Shown one piece after another: positions 1 through 8,339 of a DNA stretch of 32,726 nucleotides; within the stretch, counting starts at the first letter, position 1; every line of letters starts with the position of its first letter. Below the pieces are notes generated by a model. The model was given only the letters and a program-made list of their open reading frames with translations, searched no databases and was not told the origin of the DNA. The translations under genes and the position numbers were made by a program. The DNA lies in assembly GCA_964461745.1 (NCBI GenBank), contig CAYWWF010000001.1, forward strand, positions 1 through 32,726, written 5' to 3'. This DNA is from an uncultured Oscillospiraceae bacterium. Its GTDB lineage: Bacteria > Bacillota > Clostridia > Oscillospirales > UBA929.

Positions 1-932
1 ATGGCTTTGGCGCGGGCCTCGGCTTCTTGGAGCAAGGTTTCCGCAGAAAGTGTCGTTTCGTCAAAAATTTTCACCCGCACTCGCAAGGCTTCAAGCTCGG
101 CATCCTGTGCCTGGATACGGGCCTGTAGGGTTGAAAACGCGGTCTCCTGCTCGTTTTGGCAGGCTTCAGCCTTCGACGCCCGTTGTTCTGCATCTACGAG
201 GTCGGTTTCAGCTTTAGAAAGCTTCAGTTTAATCTCGTTGAGGTCGTTTTCCGTATCACGAAGTTGTTGTTGCGCATCCTCAAACTTGCGCAAAGCGTCG
301 GAGAGCTGCTTTTCGAGCCCGTCGCGCTGCTTCTCGGCGTCTTGTAAGCGCAATTCCCATGCTTCCAGGTCGGCCGCATGGGCGCGCGTGGCGTCGCTGG
401 AGGCCGCGGTTTGTCGCGCCAGTTCCGTATCTTTTTCCTGTAAGCGCGCTTCGAGTTCCTCGATGCGTTTGGCACGGGACAACAAGTCAGCTTCGGATTG
501 CGTCAGACGCGTTTGAAGATCCGAGGTACTTTCGCGCAACGTGTCACATTCGGCGCGCAGACGCTCCATCAGCGTCGCGTCCTGATCTCGGATGCTGATG
601 AGTTTGCGCATATCGGCTTCAAGCTGAGCACAAGTCCCGTCTTTGGCGACGATTTCAGCGCGCAACGCTTCTACTTGCCGTTCGGCGGCCTTGAGCATGG
701 GCGCCATTTCCGCCAGCGCGGCGTTTAAAGCGTTTGCTTGTTCTTCGAAGCGCGTCGCCGCCCGGCGAGCGTCGTCACGTTCAATGCGCAGCAAATCGGC
801 GCCACTGCGATAGGCCTCGACCTCCTCCCGGTGCTCCCGCAGAGAAGATTCCAGGTAAGAGATGACGTCCCGGCGCTTAAAGCCACCGATCACGGAGCCT
901 TTGAATTGTTTTCCGTCTTTTTGATCCGCCAT
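1..932 (-). CDS. DivIVA-domain coiled-coil protein (C-terminal part runs off the window)
   Basis: Absent from the supplied ORF track because it has no stop in the window. Manual reverse-complement translation from ATG 932..930 gives MADQKDGKQFKGSVIGGFKRRDVISYLESSLREHREEVEAYRSG... and stays open to position 3. The N-terminal F-x-G-x(3)-GGF-x(3)-DV-x(2)-YL resembles the DivIVA N-domain. The rest is an A/E/L/R/Q-rich coiled coil. The + strand ORFs 1..516, 359..598 and 738..1160 are low-complexity antisense shadows. Confidence 0.6.
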   Translation of the reverse strand, partial: MADQKDGKQFKGSVIGGFKRRDVISYLESSLREHREEVEAYRSGADLLRIERDDARRAATRFEEQANALNAALAEMAPMLKAAERQVEALRAEIVAKDGTCAQLEADMRKLISIRDQDATLMERLRAECDTLRESTSDLQTRLTQSEADLLSRAKRIEELEARLQEKDTELARQTAASSDATRAHAADLEAWELRLQDAEKQRDGLEKQLSDALRKFEDAQQQLRDTENDLNEIKLKLSKAETDLVDAEQRASKAEACQNEQETAFSTLQARIQAQDAELEALRVRVKIFDETTLSAETLLQEAEARAKA

Positions 933-1030
933 AAACTCCCCACCTTGTTCAGAATAATAGGCGCCAAAAATCGCCGCTTAGCTCCGTTCAGACCAGCCCA
1001 ATTTGGCTTGGACAACAGGAGAAGCGGAAA

Positions 1031-1372
1031 TCAAGCGTCGGCGGGCATATACGCCTCGATGGTCTCAATCAGTTTTTCGCGCGGGGCCAGACCGACGACA
1101 CGGCTTTTCTCATCTCCGTTTTTAAAGATGACGACCGTCGGAATGCTCATAACGCCATAGGAGGCGGCCAAATCACCAAACTCATCGACATTGAGTTTGC
1201 CCACCTTCGCGCGGCCTTCCATGGTCTGCGCCACTTCCTCTAAAATGGGCGCAAGCATACGGCATGGGCCGCACCAAGGGGCCCAAAAATCCACAACAAC
1301 AACGCCGGGATCGGCCAAAACTTGTTCTTCGAAGGTCATTGCGTTCAGGGTTAAAATCACATCTGAGGACAC
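1031..1372 (-). CDS. trxA: thioredoxin
   Basis: WCGPC active site. The sequence SSDVILTLNAMTFEEQVLADPGVVVVDFWAPWCGPCRMLAP aligns residue-for-residue by eye with the E. coli TrxA N-terminus. I chose the GTG start at 1372, preceded by GGAAGGAG (complement of 1382-1389) at 9 nt. The longer track ORF (to 1594) has no support. The ATG at 1339 would truncate strand beta-1. Confidence 0.93.
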   Translation of the reverse strand: MSSDVILTLNAMTFEEQVLADPGVVVVDFWAPWCGPCRMLAPILEEVAQTMEGRAKVGKLNVDEFGDLAASYGVMSIPTVVIFKNGDEKSRVVGLAPREKLIETIEAYMPADA

Positions 1373-1505
1373 AAAAAATCGCTCCTTCCAACTGGGCCGG
1401 AGACTGAGGCGGCATTGCCCGAAGAGCAGGCGATTGCGGTGTCGCCGTTGAAAATCCGTCCACAACAAAGCATGAAGACAAAAGCGCGAACGCCCTTGCG
1501 GTTGC

Positions 1506-1534
1506 ATTCTATCACAGCAAGGAGAAAAAGGCAA
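1506..1534 (-). promoter_or_regulatory. candidate sigma-A promoter for trxA (TTGCCT-17-TAGAAT with TGn extension)
   Basis: Read on the minus strand: -35 TTGCCT (1534..1529), 17-nt spacer, TGa-TAGAAT (-10 at 1511..1506). Confidence 0.45.
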
Positions 1535-1681
1535 TTGTCTTCGTGGGATTTTCAAAACACTTCGCGTGTTTTCCAGCACATCCGGCGTTTTCAATGTTTA
1601 TTTTTCCCCGTTTTTTCGCTTTACAGTCAGCCCCGCGCGTGGTATAATGGCACAGCCGACGAAGAGGTCGGATGATTTTGT

Positions 1682-1757
1682 GCGCCCGTGGCTCAATGGA
1701 TAGAGCATCAGATTCCGGTTCTGAGGGTTGGGGGTTCGAGTCCCTTCGGGCGTGCCA
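1682..1757 (+). tRNA. tRNA-Arg (anticodon CCG), CCA encoded
   Basis: Hand-folded cloverleaf. Acceptor GCGCCCG/CGGGCGT, D arm GCTC-AATGGATA-GAGC, anticodon stem TCAGA/TCTGA with loop TTCCGGT, T loop TTCGAGT, discriminator G plus CCA. Total 76 nt. Confidence 0.85.
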
Positions 1758-1767
1758 GGATTTATCG

Positions 1768-1803
1768 AAAGCTGTCGAATGAGAATTTGACAGCTTTTGT
1801 TCT
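1768..1803 (+). terminator. intrinsic terminator after tRNA-Arg
   Basis: AAAGCTGTC (1768-1776) pairs with GACAGCTTT (1789-1797) and is followed by a T-rich tract. Confidence 0.6.
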
Positions 1804-1836
1804 CATTTGAGATTCTGTTTTGCGCAGGAGAAAATT

Positions 1837-2349
1837 ATGGAATTGATTCAAGTTTTAAAAGAAAGATTTGAAAAGAATGAACATCGACATCCGCGATTGA
1901 AATGGGAAACCATAGAGCAAAAATTGGATGAAACAGCCTTGAAAAAAATCGAGCAAATGGAAAAAACGGATGGTCAACCTGACTTGATTGTTTTTCAAGA
2001 TAAGCTGTTGTATGTTGATTTTTCAAAGGAATCACCGGCTGAAAGACGGAGTCTTTGCTACGACAAGGAAGCGTTGGATAAAAGAAAAGAGAATAAGCCA
2101 CAGGATTCAGCGGTCAACTTTGCCAACAGCATGGGCGTTACATTACTGACAGAAGAAGAATATTATTATATGCAACAGTTAGAGGATTTTGATTTGAAAA
2201 CCTCCAGCTGGGTAGAAACGCCAGAGGAAATTAGAAAACAAGGTGGAGCACTGTTTTGCAATAAAAAATACGGCAGAAGCTTTACTGGTTTTAACGGAGC
2301 TGATTCGTACTACGCTGCAAGAGGGTTTAGAGCAAAGGTAGAGCTATAA
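1837..2349 (+). CDS. DUF4256 domain-containing protein
   Basis: The sequence MELIQVLKERFEKN...DGQPDL...RRSLCYDKEALDKRKENKP...TSSWVETPEEIRKQGGALFCNKKYG...GADSYYAARGFR matches my memory of the DUF4256 family signature. AGGAGA sits 6 nt before ATG 1837. The track's TTG at 1807 is unsupported. The gene is visibly AT-rich compared with its neighbours. Confidence 0.8.
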   Translation: MELIQVLKERFEKNEHRHPRLKWETIEQKLDETALKKIEQMEKTDGQPDLIVFQDKLLYVDFSKESPAERRSLCYDKEALDKRKENKPQDSAVNFANSMGVTLLTEEEYYYMQQLEDFDLKTSSWVETPEEIRKQGGALFCNKKYGRSFTGFNGADSYYAARGFRAKVEL

Positions 2350-2735
2350 TGGTATAGAGCGAAGGCGTATAAAAGCAGAAAACGGGCTTCCCATTCCGCC
2401 GCCGGTTTATCGACCGGCTATTTATCAGTTGAAAAGTGCCTGACGCGAATACCATCTTTACATCCACAATATATTGTGATACTATACCAATAAGCAACTA
2501 TATATAGCAGCAACGGCGTTGGAACGTCGTTCCGGGCTGTTTTCATACAACGGCCTGCCGCCGCAAAATCATGTTGATTTTGGGGCGGGGCGGTGTTGTA
2601 TGGTGTTTTGTAGGTGTTTTAGGTTGATTTTGCGGCGGCACTGTTATGTATCGTGTTTTATCGGAGTTATCGTTGAAAATGGCTTTATCGGTGAGGAAAA
2701 AGGGAGGCGATAGGGTCAAATAAGGTGAACAGACG

Positions 2736-3857
2736 TTACGTGATGTTCAAACCCGCACTCGCAAAACCAACGATGGTGTCAACGAGTTCGGTGCCTGTGG
2801 AGGTCAAAGAGTAGACCAAGAGATAGCGGTTGTCGGTTGTAATCGGAACGGCAAGGCCATGCAACGCGCCTGCGGTGACGGTGCCGATTGCGATGATGCC
2901 CACTAATGGGGGCAAAGTCAGCAGCGTACCGGCAACGGGGCTGAAGGTATTGCTGCCTGACGGAGCCGAGTACAGTTGTACGTTTACGGTGGCTGCTCCC
3001 GTCAGGGTAACGGCGGTGGTGACACTGAGCATAGCCGAGAGGTCTGTGAGCGTTCCGGCACGCGGCGCGACGAAGGCCATATCCAGCAGTCCCGGTGTGG
3101 ACAGATCGATGGTAGCACCCAAAACCACAAGGCCTGCGCTGGAATTGCCAAAGCCAAGGAAGGCAGGGACACCGGCGGCTCCGGTAAGCAAAGAGGCTAT
3201 ACTAATCGGGTCACCGGAAGCAAACGGAATGATGGCGCCTCCGGCAACAGGGCCGGTGTCGCCCGTGGGGCCGGTGGGGCCTGTGGGGCCTGTGGGGCCT
3301 GTGGGGCCTAAAAGACCCGGAGCGCCGGTTGGGCCTGTGGGGCCTAAAAGACCCGGAGCGCCGGTTGGGCCTGTGGGACCTAAAAGACCCGGAGCGCCGG
3401 TTGGGCCTGTGGGGCCTAAAAGACCTGGAGCGCCGGTGGGGCCTGTGGGGCCTAAGAGACCTGCAGCGCCGGTTGGGCCGGTTGGGCCAGTTGGGCCGGT
3501 TGGGCCGGTTGGGCCGGTTGGGCCGGTTGAGCCGGTTGGGCCAGTTGGGCCAGTTGGGCCAGTTGGGCCAGTTGGGCCGGTTGGGCCGGTGGGTCCGGTT
3601 GGGCCGTGGTGATGGGGATCTCTGTGGCAGCAATCACAACAACAACAGTCTGGTCGGCAATCCGGACGGCAATCCGGACGGCAGTCCGGTCGGCAACCTG
3701 GCCGACAATCCGGTCGGCAAACCGGCGGGAATTCCGGTCGGCATCTCGGTCCGCGGTCATAATCCCGACTTTGACAATCATTGAGATGACATCTGTCAGG
3801 ATATTGCGAATAAACGGGACGATAAATGGTCATTGTGCAATCGTCGTCCATGTACAA
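2736..3857 (-). CDS. BclA-like collagen-like spore-surface (exosporium-type) glycoprotein with Cys-rich N-terminus
   Basis: Three parts. The N-terminus has CRPD/CRPG pentapeptide repeats and CCCCDCC. About 40 Gly-X-Y triplets follow (GPT runs plus five [12 protein letters not shown] units). The C-terminal ~170 aa (GAIIPFASG...[14 protein letters not shown]...[13 protein letters not shown]...LLVYSL...[10 protein letters not shown]) resembles the BclA C-terminal TNF/C1q-like domain. Start is TTG 3857 or ATG 3851, after GGAGGAG. Confidence 0.85.
   Translation of the reverse strand: MYMDDDCTMTIYRPVYSQYPDRCHLNDCQSRDYDRGPRCRPEFPPVCRPDCRPGCRPDCRPDCRPDCRPDCCCCDCCHRDPHHHGPTGPTGPTGPTGPTGPTGPTGPTGSTGPTGPTGPTGPTGPTGPTGAAGLLGPTGPTGAPGLLGPTGPTGAPGLLGPTGPTGAPGLLGPTGPTGAPGLLGPTGPTGPTGPTGPTGDTGPVAGGAIIPFASGDPISIASLLTGAAGVPAFLGFGNSSAGLVVLGATIDLSTPGLLDMAFVAPRAGTLTDLSAMLSVTTAVTLTGAATVNVQLYSAPSGSNTFSPVAGTLLTLPPLVGIIAIGTVTAGALHGLAVPITTDNRYLLVYSLTSTGTELVDTIVGFASAGLNIT
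3246..3605. repeat. intragenic collagen triplet repeats (9-bp GPT units and five 36-bp [12 protein letters not shown] units)
   Basis: Direct reading shows ggnccnacn-type periodicity. The 36-bp unit ggggcctaaaagacccggagcgccggttgggcctgt recurs from about 3296 to 3470. These repeats generate several long shadow ORFs on both strands. Confidence 0.9.
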
Positions 3858-4130
3858 TCATCTCCTCCATAGAAGGCACAACACAAAAACACAAACGGAG
3901 GTATCACACCTGCACGAAGTCGCAGCAACACGGTAACAATGGCGCAGGCGAAAACCATGACCCATTGGAAATACAGCGCCTTGTCAGTATCGATCCGGGT
4001 TACTAACGTTTGCGTTTTTGTGCTGTGCCATAAAAATAAGCAGGGTCGTGCAATCATTACCCATAACATCCTATGACACAGCACAAAAAGTGGATACAGA
4101 CAACGCGATGAGAAGATGAGCTAAAATAGA

Positions 4131-5258
4131 ATGGAGGCAGAAAAGCAGATGAATGGCCGCTTAAAGGTGTGTATTTACGCCATTTGCAAGAATGAAGAAA
4201 AATTTGCGTCTCGCTTTATGGATCATGTTGCAGACGCGGATTTGGTGGTCATCGGAGACACAGGATCCACCGATCAAAGCACGGAAATCTTGCGCGCACG
4301 GGGGGCTATGGTTGTGGACGCGTGTTTGCCGATGTTTCGCTTTGATCACGCGCGAAACAAAGTCCTCAGACATATCCCGGAGGACATCGATGTCTGTCTG
4401 TCACTGGATATTGACGAACTGTTGCAACCCGGATGGCGCGCCGCGCTCGAGGCCGCTTGGCAGGCCGACAGCACCCGGGGGCATTATCGATTCAACTGGG
4501 CGCTTGAAGAGGACGGCACCCCCGCGGTGCAGTTTATCTATGAGAGAATGCACGCTCGGCACGGCTATCGCTGGATTTATCCCACCCATGAAGTACTCGA
4601 GTACATAGGCCCCGGTCAAGAGGTACACACCTTCATTCCGGGACTGACGCTGGATCATAAGCCGGATTGGTCGAAAGATCGCAGCTTCAATTTGCCGCTG
4701 CTTACACTGGCCGTAAAAGAACATCCCGAGTCGCCACGGAATCTTCACTATCTTGGGCGGGAATACATGTACGCCGAGGATTGGGATCGCTGCATTGAGA
4801 CGCTGAAGCATTATTTGACGATGCCACAGGCGACCTGGGATGAAGAACGGGCGGCTTCGGCGCGTTTCATCGCACGGGCTTATCAGGCCAAGGGGGAACG
4901 AGGGGAAAGTCGGCGCTGGTTCTATCGGGCGATGGCCGAAGCGCCAAACGTCCGGGAGGCCTATGTGGAAATGGCGCGGTTGTGTTACTGGGAACAGGAT
5001 TGGGTGGGCGTTTCTTGCTTTGCGCAGCAAGCCCTGGACATTCGAGACAAGACGCTTTCCTACGCCCATGAGGTGTTTGCCTGGGACCATACGCCATATG
5101 ACTTGCGGGCGTTGGGGGCCTATCATTTGGGGCAGTATGCGCAAGCGGTGGAGGTATCCAAAGCGGCGATTGCCATCAAACCGGGGGATGCGAGACTGCG
5201 GCAAAACCACGCGTTGTATCAGGAAGCTCTGAGGGCGCGCGGCGGGAAGGCGGGGTGA
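4131..5258 (+). CDS. family-2 glycosyltransferase with C-terminal TPR-like repeats
   Basis: The N-terminus has VCIYAICKNEE...VIGDTGSTD...LSLDIDE (GT2 nucleotide-binding and DxD-type motifs). The C-terminal half has helical TPR-like repeats (YLGREYMYAEDWDRCIETLKHYL..., AYVEMARLCYWEQDW...). The alternative start ATG 4149 lies 11 nt after GGAGG. Confidence 0.8.
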   Translation: MEAEKQMNGRLKVCIYAICKNEEKFASRFMDHVADADLVVIGDTGSTDQSTEILRARGAMVVDACLPMFRFDHARNKVLRHIPEDIDVCLSLDIDELLQPGWRAALEAAWQADSTRGHYRFNWALEEDGTPAVQFIYERMHARHGYRWIYPTHEVLEYIGPGQEVHTFIPGLTLDHKPDWSKDRSFNLPLLTLAVKEHPESPRNLHYLGREYMYAEDWDRCIETLKHYLTMPQATWDEERAASARFIARAYQAKGERGESRRWFYRAMAEAPNVREAYVEMARLCYWEQDWVGVSCFAQQALDIRDKTLSYAHEVFAWDHTPYDLRALGAYHLGQYAQAVEVSKAAIAIKPGDARLRQNHALYQEALRARGGKAG

Positions 5259-5438
5259 GATTGTCGGAAAAAATTTCCCTGTACCTATTGCTTCCTTATG
5301 ATATAATAGCCCCAAGGGGCTATTGCACCTGGGCCATGTCCCCATCGGCTCCCGCCTTTGGCGGAACCGCCGAGGCATGACATACGTTCGTAGGCCCTGC
5401 CGTTCCTCTTACCTCACAACAAAGGTGGTTTTTTCACC

Positions 5439-8201
5439 ATGGGACTCATTCGCTCCCTTTTCGGCTCCCACACCGATCGGGAACTGCGTCGTCTGATGCC
5501 GCAGGTCGACGCGACCGAAGCGCTGGCCGATGTCATGGCGGGTCTTACGGACGCCGCCCTGAAGGACAAAACACAAGAATTCAAAGACCGATTGACGCGC
5601 GGGGAAACGACAGACGAAATTTTGCCCGAGGCCTTTGCCGTCGTGCGCGAGGCCAGCCGCCGCGTGCTCGGACTTTACCCGTTTCGCGTGCAGCTCATCG
5701 GCGGCGTCGTCCTGCACCAGGGCCGCATCGCCGAGATGAAGACCGGTGAAGGCAAAACGCTGGTCGCGACCCTCCCGGCCTACGTAAACGCGCTGACGGG
5801 CAAAGGCGTCCACATCGTCACGGTCAACGACTATTTGGCCCGCTACCACTCCGAATGGATGGGCAAGGTCTTCCGCTTCTTGGGACTTACCGTGGGTCTC
5901 ATCGTCCACGGTGTCGAACCGGCGGACAGAAAAGCGGCCTATGCCGCCGACATCACCTACGGAACAAACAACGAGTTTGGCTTTGACTATCTGCGCGACA
6001 ACATGGCTTTATATAAGGAGAACATGGTGCAGCGCGGGCACCACTTTGCCATTGTCGACGAAGTGGACTCGATTCTCATCGACGAGGCGCGCACCCCGCT
6101 GATCATCTCCGGCCAGGGCGACAAGTCCACCGAGATGTACGAGCGCGCCGACCGGCTGGTCGCGGGCTTCCGCGTCGTGAAAGTGGTGCAGCTCGACAGC
6201 AAGGCCGATCACGACGAGATGGAAGGCGACTACATCGTCGACGAAAAGGCGCGCACGGCGATGCTGACCGCGTCGGGCATTGCCAAAGCCGAGAAATATT
6301 TCAACATTGAGAACCTTTCGGACAGCGAAAACAACGAAATCATGCACCACATCAACCAAGCGCTGAAAGCGCGCGGCGTCATGCAGCGTGACATCGACTA
6401 TGTCGTGCGCGACGGTCAGGTCATCATCGTCGACGAGTTTACGGGCCGCATGATGTTCGGGCGGCGCTACTCTGAAGGTTTGCATCAGGCGATTGAAGCC
6501 AAGGAAAAGGTGAAGGTCGAGCGCGAGAGCAAGACGCTCGCGACGATCACCTTCCAAAACTACTTCCGCATGTACAACAAACTCTCCGGTATGACGGGTA
6601 CGGCGGTGACCGAGCAGGAGGAGTTTAGCCACATCTATAAGCTCGACGTGGTCGAGATTCCGACGAACAAGCCGATGATCCGGCAGGATCTGCCCGACGC
6701 CGTCTATAAGACCGAGGCCGGGAAGTTTCGGGCCATCATCCAGCAGATCAAAGAGTGCGTGGCGCGCGGCCAGCCCGTGCTCGTCGGTACGATTTCGATT
6801 GAAAAGAATGAACTGCTCTCAAGTATGCTCAAACGCGAGGGCATCCAGCACGTCGTACTCAACGCCAAGCACCACGACAAAGAGGCGGAAATTGTCGCGC
6901 AAGCCGGCCACCTCGGTGCGGTGACGATCGCGACAAACATGGCAGGGCGCGGCACCGACATCATGCTCGGCGGCAACGCCGAATTTTTAGCCGTGGCGGA
7001 CATACGCCGCGCGGGTATTCCCGAGGAGATCATCACCGAAGCGACAGGTTACGCCGAAACCCAGAACGAGGAGATCCTCTCGGCGCGTGCGCTGTTTGTC
7101 GAAAAGCTGAAAGAACACAAACAGAAAATTGCGACCGAAGCCGAGCGCGTGCGGGAAAGCGGCGGTCTGTTCATCATCGGTACCGAGCGGCATGAGTCCC
7201 GCCGCATCGACAACCAGTTGCGCGGTCGCGCGGGCCGCCAGGGCGATCCGGGCTCTTCACGCTTCATGATCTCGATGGAAGACGACCTCATGCGCCTGTT
7301 TGGCATGTCCCGCTTTACGAATCTGCTCGAGAGCCTCGGCATGGATGAAGACACGCCGATTGACCAAAAGATGCTGTCGAACGCGATTGAAAACGCGCAG
7401 AAGCGCGTGGAGTCGCGCAACTTCCAGACGCGCAAAACCGTACTCGAATACGACGACGTCATGAACAAACAGCGTGAGATCATTTACGGCCAGCGCAAAA
7501 AGGTGCTTGACGGCGACGATGTGCAAGACAACATCAAGAGTATGATCGAGGACGTGACGCAGCGCGCCGTCTCACGCGTCGTCGGGGAGACCGCTTTTGT
7601 GGATCCCATGCATATGGAGAGCATCACCCAACCGTTTGTCGGCGTTTTCCTGCAAAAGGGCGACATGCAATACAGCCGCCAGGTGCTCGAGGACAAGAGC
7701 AAGCAGGACATCCAGCAGGAACTGTTCGAACGCGCGATGGACGCTTACGCGGCCAAAGAAGAGGCGTTGACACCGGCCATCATGCGCGAAGTCGAGCGCG
7801 TTGTGCTGTTGCGCGTGGTGGACCAGCACTGGATGAATCACATCGACGCGATGCACGAACTGCGCCAGGGCATCGGCTTGCGCGGCTATGCCCAAGTGGA
7901 TCCGGTCGTGGAGTACAAGCGCGAGGGATTTGAGATGTTCGATCAAATGATCGACGAAATCCGGGACGACACCGTGCGCTACTTGTTCTTAGCTAAAGTT
8001 CGCGGCCAGGACGCGCCGCGCCGTGAACAGGTTGCCCGCGCCACATCGGAAACCCACGGTGGAGCCTCCGACGGGTCGGACAAACCGAAGCCTGTCCGCA
8101 AAACCGCCGCGCAGAAGGTTGGACGCAACGACCCCTGCCCCTGTGGCAGCGGGAAAAAATACAAGAAGTGCTGCGGTTTTGTACCGGGCAGCGAGGGCTG
8201 A
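5439..8201 (+). CDS. secA: preprotein translocase ATPase SecA
   Basis: 920 aa. Walker [43 protein letters not shown], and the C-terminal zinc-binding tail [14 protein letters not shown]. Confidence 0.98.
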   Translation: MGLIRSLFGSHTDRELRRLMPQVDATEALADVMAGLTDAALKDKTQEFKDRLTRGETTDEILPEAFAVVREASRRVLGLYPFRVQLIGGVVLHQGRIAEMKTGEGKTLVATLPAYVNALTGKGVHIVTVNDYLARYHSEWMGKVFRFLGLTVGLIVHGVEPADRKAAYAADITYGTNNEFGFDYLRDNMALYKENMVQRGHHFAIVDEVDSILIDEARTPLIISGQGDKSTEMYERADRLVAGFRVVKVVQLDSKADHDEMEGDYIVDEKARTAMLTASGIAKAEKYFNIENLSDSENNEIMHHINQALKARGVMQRDIDYVVRDGQVIIVDEFTGRMMFGRRYSEGLHQAIEAKEKVKVERESKTLATITFQNYFRMYNKLSGMTGTAVTEQEEFSHIYKLDVVEIPTNKPMIRQDLPDAVYKTEAGKFRAIIQQIKECVARGQPVLVGTISIEKNELLSSMLKREGIQHVVLNAKHHDKEAEIVAQAGHLGAVTIATNMAGRGTDIMLGGNAEFLAVADIRRAGIPEEIITEATGYAETQNEEILSARALFVEKLKEHKQKIATEAERVRESGGLFIIGTERHESRRIDNQLRGRAGRQGDPGSSRFMISMEDDLMRLFGMSRFTNLLESLGMDEDTPIDQKMLSNAIENAQKRVESRNFQTRKTVLEYDDVMNKQREIIYGQRKKVLDGDDVQDNIKSMIEDVTQRAVSRVVGETAFVDPMHMESITQPFVGVFLQKGDMQYSRQVLEDKSKQDIQQELFERAMDAYAAKEEALTPAIMREVERVVLLRVVDQHWMNHIDAMHELRQGIGLRGYAQVDPVVEYKREGFEMFDQMIDEIRDDTVRYLFLAKVRGQDAPRREQVARATSETHGGASDGSDKPKPVRKTAAQKVGRNDPCPCGSGKKYKKCCGFVPGSEG

Positions 8202-8210
8202 GACCTGTTG

Positions 8211-8232
8211 GGCCCCGCCTTCGGCGGGGGCC
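8211..8232. repeat. GC-rich hairpin, member of the C(n)-GCC-GAA-GGC-G(n) family (inverted orientation)
   Basis: ggccccgccttcggcgggggcc lies directly after the secA stop. The core gccttcggc is the reverse complement of the gccgaaggc core seen at 18106 and 30188. There is no U-tract. Confidence 0.6.
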
Positions 8233-8339
8233 AACGGATAAAAGCGAGTAATACTTTTGTCCAAGCATGGCATAATAAGGTAAACACACCCTGGGGCAGC
8301 CGCGCGGTGTTGCCCGGAGTCAAAGGAGAAGAACACACC

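Noticed and set aside
2830-3872. Cluster of long ORFs on both strands overlapping the BclA-like gene: 2830..3612(+), 2976..3311(+), 3211..3633(-), 3329..3784(+), 3452..3781(-), 3606..3872(+)
   Set aside because: All are frame or strand shadows of the stop-free GGN-CCN-ACN collagen repeat. Their translations are pure low-complexity ([25 protein letters not shown]). Only the 2736..3857(-) frame has recognisable globular domains.
3830-4084. 84-aa minus-strand ORF in the BclA-like/GT divergent region
   Set aside because: It overlaps the BclA-like start and spans the promoter and inverted-repeat region. There is no RBS. The hydrophobic stretches are plausibly chance.
4401-5378. 325-aa ORF antisense to the glycosyltransferase
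   Set aside because: The + frame has GT2 and TPR motifs. The antisense product is Pro/Arg-rich with no motif or RBS.
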